From NCBI RefSeq assembly GCF_009914755.1, contig NC_060929.1: a stretch of DNA of 64,000 bases, one strand, 5' to 3'. Position 1 is the stretch's first letter; each line of letters begins with the position of its first letter. Positions 52,481 through 64,000 of the stretch are shown one piece after another. The stretch is from the human T2T-CHM13v2.0 reference genome, Homo sapiens. The notes beneath the pieces were generated by a model, which made no database searches, was not told the DNA's origin, and saw only the letters and a list, made by a program, of their open reading frames with translations. Position numbers and translations under genes: made by a program.

Positions 52481-52763
52481 CATGGGCCAGGCAAGGTGGC
52501 TCACACCTGTAACCCCAGCACTTTGGGAGGCTGAGGCAGGCAGATCATGAGGTCAGGAGTTCAAGACCAGCCTGACCAACATGGTGAAACCCCATCTCTA
52601 CTAAAAATACAAAAATTGGCCGGGCATGGTGGCAGGTGCCTGTAATCCCAGCTACTCAGGAGGCTGAGGCAGAAGAATCAGTTGAACCTGGGAGGTGAAG
52701 GTTGTGGTGAGCCAAGATTGCACCATTGCACTCCAGCCTGGGTGACAGTGTGAGACTTCGTCT

Positions 52764-52795
<32 letters not shown>

Positions 52796-53149
52796 AGAAA
52801 AATGGCCAGGTGCAGTAACTCATGCCTGGAATCTCAGCACACTGAGTGGCTGAGGTGGGAGGACTACCTGAGGCCAGGAATTTGTAACCAGCCCAGGCAA
52901 TACAGCAAGACCCCATCTTTGCAAAAACCAAAAAATTTAGCCAGGTATGGTGGCTCGTGCCTGTAGTCCTAGCTACTTGGAAGGCTGAGGCAGGAGGATC
53001 ACATGTGTGCAGCAGATCAAGGCTGCAGTGAGCCGTGACTGCCCCATGCACTCCAGCCTGGGTAACCGAGTGCAGTCCTGTCCAAAAAAATAATAATTAT
53101 TATTATTATTTAAAATGTTATTATTTAAAATGTTATTTTATTTAATGCT

Positions 53150-53900
53150 AAATCAGATCAGACTTCTAGATGTTAACTATTAAAATTTACAGAAAGGACG
53201 GGTGCAGTGGCTCATACGTATAATCCCAGCACTTTGGGAGGCCGAGGCAGGCAGATCACCTGAGGTCAGGAGTTCGAGATCAGCCTGGTCAACATGGCAA
53301 AACCCTGTCTCTACTAAAAATACAAAAATTGGCTGGGCATGGTGGCAGGCGCCTGTAGACCCCAGCTACTCAGGAGGCTGGGGCAGGACTGCTTGAAATC
53401 CAGGAAGCGGAGGTTGCAGTGAGTTGAGATCATGCCACTGTACTCTAGCCTGGGTGACAGTGCAAGACTCCATCTCAAATAATAGAAATAAAAAAAATAA
53501 AATAAACAAAATTTACAGAAAATACAAGGGACAAAAGAACATATTACATGAAACCACTGGGATCTCATCAACACAATCTAGATTCTGAGAAGTATCATAG
53601 GGCAAAGACCTGGCTTCTTCAACAAACCAATTGTATGGGAATAACCACAATAAAAAGATAGAGGAAAACTTATAGATTAAAAGAAAAAAGTATCGATTAC
53701 CTAAACCCAATGTAATATTTACAGACCTTATTTGGATCCTAATTCACAAAAATTGTAAAAACAATACAAAAACTATAATCAGGGAAATGTGAACACTTGA
53801 TATTGATGATATTAAGGAATGCGTGTTACTTTTTTTAGTGTATAATATTGGGATTGTTTTAATCTTTATATTTTAGAAACACATAATGAAATATTACAAC
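53150..53900 (+). mobile_element. L1MC-like 3'UTR fragment with an Alu insertion
   Basis: gtttacagaaaata-like segment split by an Alu, gaccttatttggatcct, cagggaaatgtgaacact, gatattaaggaat. Confidence 0.55.
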
Positions 53901-53966
53901 ACTTACAGTCCTTCTTTTACTAGTGTCTTCCCTAATACATTTTTCGTGATGTTACTCAGCAGGCTA

Positions 53967-54341
<375 letters not shown>

Positions 54342-54723
54342 TTAAAAACGGTGAAATTTTAACAGGTAAGAAACAAGTTAGAAGAAATAATATTCCAATT
54401 GGAAGAAATGGAAGCAACTGCAAAAAGGTAAGAAGGTGTGTCTCTACAGAGTATTGGCTGGTACTCATCTCTCCATAAAACTGTCCCTTCCCTAATGATG
54501 ACATGAAAAGGAAAAGTCATAACCCACTAGGCAACTCCAAACTGACAAAATCCTGGGAGAGCTATTAGGCCCAAAGCAACTCCAGGCAGCCCTGTCCCCG
54601 AACAGATCTCTGGGTAATCAAACCATACTGGCTTTCCAGTGCAGTCTATTCATGTCAGTCCCTGATTCCTCCTACCCAACAACCTTGGGAAAAGAATACA
54701 TGAAGTTCTTTTACCTGTCCTAG

Positions 54724-55103
<380 letters not shown>

Positions 55104-55326
55104 TGATCCGCCCACCTTGGCCTCCCAAAGTGCTGGGATTACAGGCATGAGCCACCGGGCCCGGCAAGGTTACAGATTTTTTTAAATAAAGAATAGCTGA
55201 TAAAGCAGGTAGCTAAGATTTTTTTTCTTCAAAAATAGAATAGGTAGTTCTAGTATTAAAATGTTTTGGAATACTCTGGAATTGAATTTGGAGGTTCTAA
55301 TATTTTCTGTGCCCCAGTATCGTTAA

Positions 55327-55731
<405 letters not shown>

Positions 55732-56688
55732 TGACCTCGTGATCCGCCAGCCTCAGCCTCCCAAAGTGCTGGGATTACAGGCATAAGCCACTGCGCCTGG
55801 CCAGTAGGAGCGCTTTTCTTAAACCAAAGGAAAAAGCAGCAAGGTAACAGGTCAGGTTAGCTTTAGGCAGTCTTTAGTCACTACACCTTCTTTCACAATA
55901 ACTGAGACTAGCTAACACCCTCCCAGAAATCAAATAGAATTGTTCCAACTTATCAGAGGAAATGAATAAGGGAATGGGTAAAACATAATAAGGATGCAGG
56001 AGAGCTGGGAACCTTTATATCATATAGAAAAGTCTTCATAGTGAGATATCTGTAGAATAAAGCTAAAGTAAAAAAAAATCTAAGTCATCAATTTTTTATA
56101 GTACATGCTGTACTTCTGGGTCATTGTCCAGGTGTGCTCTCAATACTTAAGAATACCTCTTTGATTTTATTAAAAATACCACAAAGAAAAGTCCTCATAG
56201 ATTTTGAACTCCATTCTAAACCAGTGGATGGCCACAAAGGAAGAAATACCTGTTTTATTTGTTCCTCTCAGGTACACATAAAACTACGGCATTTACCTTA
56301 CCTTCTCAAAAAAGGCAAAATATATAACTTTTAGAAAGCTTCATCTTCTGTCTCATCTTCTGAAACTGACAGGTTTTTCCCTTTCAAATACTGATCCTTT
56401 GCTCATACAGCTTTCTTTACATTACCTTTTTGTGAAATCTTAGATAAGTTGATAGAACAACAATTTCAAGTTCAAAATATTATCACATTCAAATTCAATC
56501 TAGTAATTGTGTAAAATACTGAGGAAGATAAAAAGAGGAATAAATATAGTACTTCCTCAAAGACCCTGTAACAGATCTGTAAGAAAATTATTATGCATCC
56601 CTCAATATCTGCAAGAGACAGGGAAAAAAAGAAAATTACAGTGCAAAACATATAGTAGGCTTCTGCTTGTTTGAGACATCGCCTAGGT

Positions 56689-57272
<584 letters not shown>

Positions 57273-58352
57273 GCAGAATATATTGCTACAAAAAGGGTAC
57301 AATAACTCAAGAGTACACAGAAGAGAATGTATCAACCTGAATGTGAGAATCTGACAAGTAGAAAGTGACTCAGAACAAAAATATTCAATCTTTAAGAATT
57401 CTTAATTACACAGCTTCACCTTACACTCCCAAACTGTAGATCATGTTCCAATTAACACAGCTGGGCTCTTTTTTCAGACACCCCATCTTGTCCCCACTTG
57501 AAGCAAAATTTTATTTAAAGTAAAATTTGCCTACTGTTTCTAGAGAGTTAACAAAAATCAAAGTACCAGCCTGCAAACCACCGCAAATTGAATGAAACTG
57601 CTGGTAATAAAAAAAGAAAAATTTGACTGCTTCCAGGTTTTTAGTAAGTTAACTCTGAAAGATAACTTAAAATAACTTACTGGGAATTTTTCTTATATTT
57701 AGGAGCTGAAAGATGCAGTGATAATAAGGAAAACGAATCTGAGAAATTTAAAGAAGCCAGCTTTGTTGAAAACCAAGTGGCCACTTGCCAACACTTCTTT
57801 ATGCACGTATGACCAAAGATGATTCTAGGCAGACTCACAGACCACAAAGGCTCTTTATCAAATCCCAAATTAAGAAAGTTCTCATAAATATTTCAATTTT
57901 GATAAGTTAAAGACCAGTTAAGTTTTAAAAAGCACTTTATGAAGTGCAGAATCAATACAGAAACGAAGCTTTGCGCTTTTCATATCTGAGCCCGAAAAAC
58001 AGCACACATTTTATGTTACATTTACAGTCTATTCACAGACACCTATAGCTTAGATTCCATCAAGAAAAACACTGGTCAATGGAAAAGTGACTGGCCTTAG
58101 TATAAAATTTCCATGTGGCCAGCAGGGAAGAAACCGCATAATTCTGAATTACAACTGACAAAACTACGAGAACCCTAAATCGAACTCTTCGCCTTGAACT
58201 CCATATACAAACATTTCAGATTCGTACTTCCACTTCCTGAAAATAATACTGTTTGTAAACGAAAAGGCAATAAGGTTACTCCCAAAACTCCTGTACTCCA
58301 TGATCCATCCTCAAAGAGTGGAAGGAACAGCAAAGTAGAAGGAACAAAGCAC

Positions 58353-58360
58353 TGACGTCA
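58353..58360. promoter_or_regulatory. Perfect CRE palindrome TGACGTCA in proximal intron 1
   Basis: Motif in non-repeat DNA ~650 bp from the exon 1 donor. Confidence 0.4.
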
Positions 58361-59006
58361 ATTACGAGATTAACCCCAAGCACAGGCAGCTGGAGGAAAG
58401 GCCTAAACATCAATATCCACGCACAAGCTACTGGGATAACTAGGTAACAGACCGATTCAGAAGTTGTAGGGGAGGGTATTCGAGTATTATACCCCCACGT
58501 TCCCATTTTTAGTCAATCCCCTTCGCAAGTCGAAGGCGGAAATTTTTCCTTCTTTTTTTTTTTTTTTTGCGGGGGTGGGGGTGTGGGAGAGGTGCGCAGG
58601 ATCGCGAGAAGGAAAGCGAGAACTAGCTGGGTAATGTTAGCCAGAATCTGGGCCTATTTTCTCTTTAATTAGACATAATTTGAAATTGAGGAGGATATGA
58701 AAAAGTAACAAATCAGCCGATGGAACGTCTGAGGAAAGAAAGAGGAAAGGAGAAACACTAAACGGATGGATTTCTGGGAATTTTTGTTAGGATTGGGTTA
58801 GCTTTTTTTATTTTCTTATCTTTGCGGGAAGGTGGTGGGGTGGGACGCGCAGATGAGAGGAGGGGTGACGCCTGATTGAGCAGCCCCAGCCCGGAGGGTC
58901 TCCCCGAGGCTCCCCGCAGAACTTGCGGGCCCCCACCCCCACCCGGCCCCGGCCACAACCCCCGCGGCCCGGCCCGGCCCTGGGTCAGTCTGTCGGCCCT
59001 TCTTAC

Positions 59007-59380
59007 CTCCAGTCCCGGCTCCGCTAGGCCCGAACCATCTCCTGGCTGCGGCAGTGGCGGCGCCGGGCCTGCACCTTCACCGGACGCGCATTCGAGCCCG
59101 CCCAGGGGGCGGTGACAGGCTGCCAAGGGCGAGGGGCTCCGGGAGGCGGCGGGGGTTCCGGAGGCCTCGACAAACGAAGGCGGCGTCGGCGGCGGCGGCA
59201 GCGATGCGCCTCACACGGAACAGGCGTAGGCCCCGCACCGCTCCATGACGGTCGGGCCCGGGCTGGGACAGCTGACTGAGGCGGCGGGGGCGGGTTAACG
59301 AAGACCTGGCACCAGGATCCCCGCCCCGTCCGCTGGCGGCGGCGACGGCAGCTGGACTCCTGCAGCCAGGGCTGTGACTG
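59007..59380 (-). other. AFF4: AFF4 non-coding exon 1 (5'UTR); 5' boundary approximate
   Basis: Donor GAG|gtaaga at 59007/59006 inside the CpG island; TSS inferred just downstream of the E-box/GC-box cluster, not directly visible. Confidence 0.75.
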
Positions 59381-59397
59381 ACGCAGCGGCCGTGCCA

Positions 59398-59438
59398 CCA
59401 TGTGACCAAGACCGGGCGGGTGCGGGGCGTCACGTGAT
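59398..59438. promoter_or_regulatory. Paired E-boxes (GTCACATG on minus at 59399-59406; GTCACGTGA at 59429-59437)
   Basis: Motifs read directly; USF/MiT-TFE-type flanks; binding is inferred. Confidence 0.6.
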
Positions 59439-59964
59439 GCCTCTGCGCCCCTCCCCGCTGGGGGAGTAGGGGGCGGGGGTCTGTGGGCCGGCTGGGCCGG
59501 GAGGCGACGCCCGGGGTGGTGACGTTCCCGGCTGTGGGGTCTGATGACCCGGGCCAGGCAAAGGACCCGCCCGAGCGGTATAGGCCTGAGCCTCTGGGCA
59601 CTGCGGCCGCGTCCGGCAGGGCTGCCACGGCAGTACAGGGCCTGCACATCCGGGAGCTCACGCCCTCCTGCGCGTAGCCCGCTAGTGAGGTTCCGAAGGG
59701 CGGGGCCGGGCCGAACCGGATATGCCGGTTCTGGGGCTCAGGTGACAAACCCAGGCCTTCCGCCCCTCGCCTCTGGTGGGGATCCGGCCCAACCCGGAGC
59801 TTCCTAGACTTGCTTCCAGGTGTCGAAGCCTCGAGTCCTCAAGAGGTCCAGCAAAAAGGCAAAGGACGCAGGAGGCTGTTCGGTATTTCCAGTAAACTTA
59901 CCCTAAGAAGCCAAACCGTCCCTCTTTCTTCGTCATTTAAACATCTTCTGCCACTAATGTTTTC

Positions 59965-64000
<4,036 letters not shown>

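Larger units (their letters stand above)
58850..59850. promoter_or_regulatory. CpG island / TATA-less AFF4 promoter
   Basis: The only long GC-rich, CpG-dense non-repeat segment in the window; GC boxes GGGCGG near 59414, 59471, 59698. Confidence 0.92.

Noticed and set aside
54490-54670. ATGATGA and later CTGA resembling C/D snoRNA boxes
   Set aside because: Antisense to the host gene, long spacing, no evident terminal stem
58758-59807. Long Pro/Arg/Gly-rich ORFs over the CpG island
   Set aside because: Expected from stop-codon scarcity in GC-rich DNA; only the short uORFs and the in-frame TAG are kept as findings

Overview
Primate (human-like) genomic DNA, very Alu-rich (about 90 Alu/FLAM pieces by manual count). 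It contains the 5' part of AFF4 (Super Elongation Complex scaffold) on the minus strand: CpG-island promoter and non-coding exon 1 (~59380-59007), then coding exons 2-6 (32944-32818, 30692-29898, 27973-27929, 22958-22872, 156-120). All have GT-AG boundaries and join in frame to give residues 1-362; the gene continues beyond position 1. The introns hold EEF1A1 and ATP6V0E1 processed pseudogenes, a Y1 RNA retrocopy, a MER85 piggyBac MITE, solo LTRs, hAT MITEs and old L1/L2/MIR fragments. Nearly all ORFs in the supplied track are Alu/L1 artefacts. I found no wholly new system. The best leads are three uORFs in exon 1 (the last in frame with the CDS, one TAG away), a stop plus AATAAA directly after the exon 5 donor, a candidate cryptic intron/poison exon in intron 5, and several nested insertion stacks. 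Repeat and pseudogene names come from recalled consensus sequences, not database searches.
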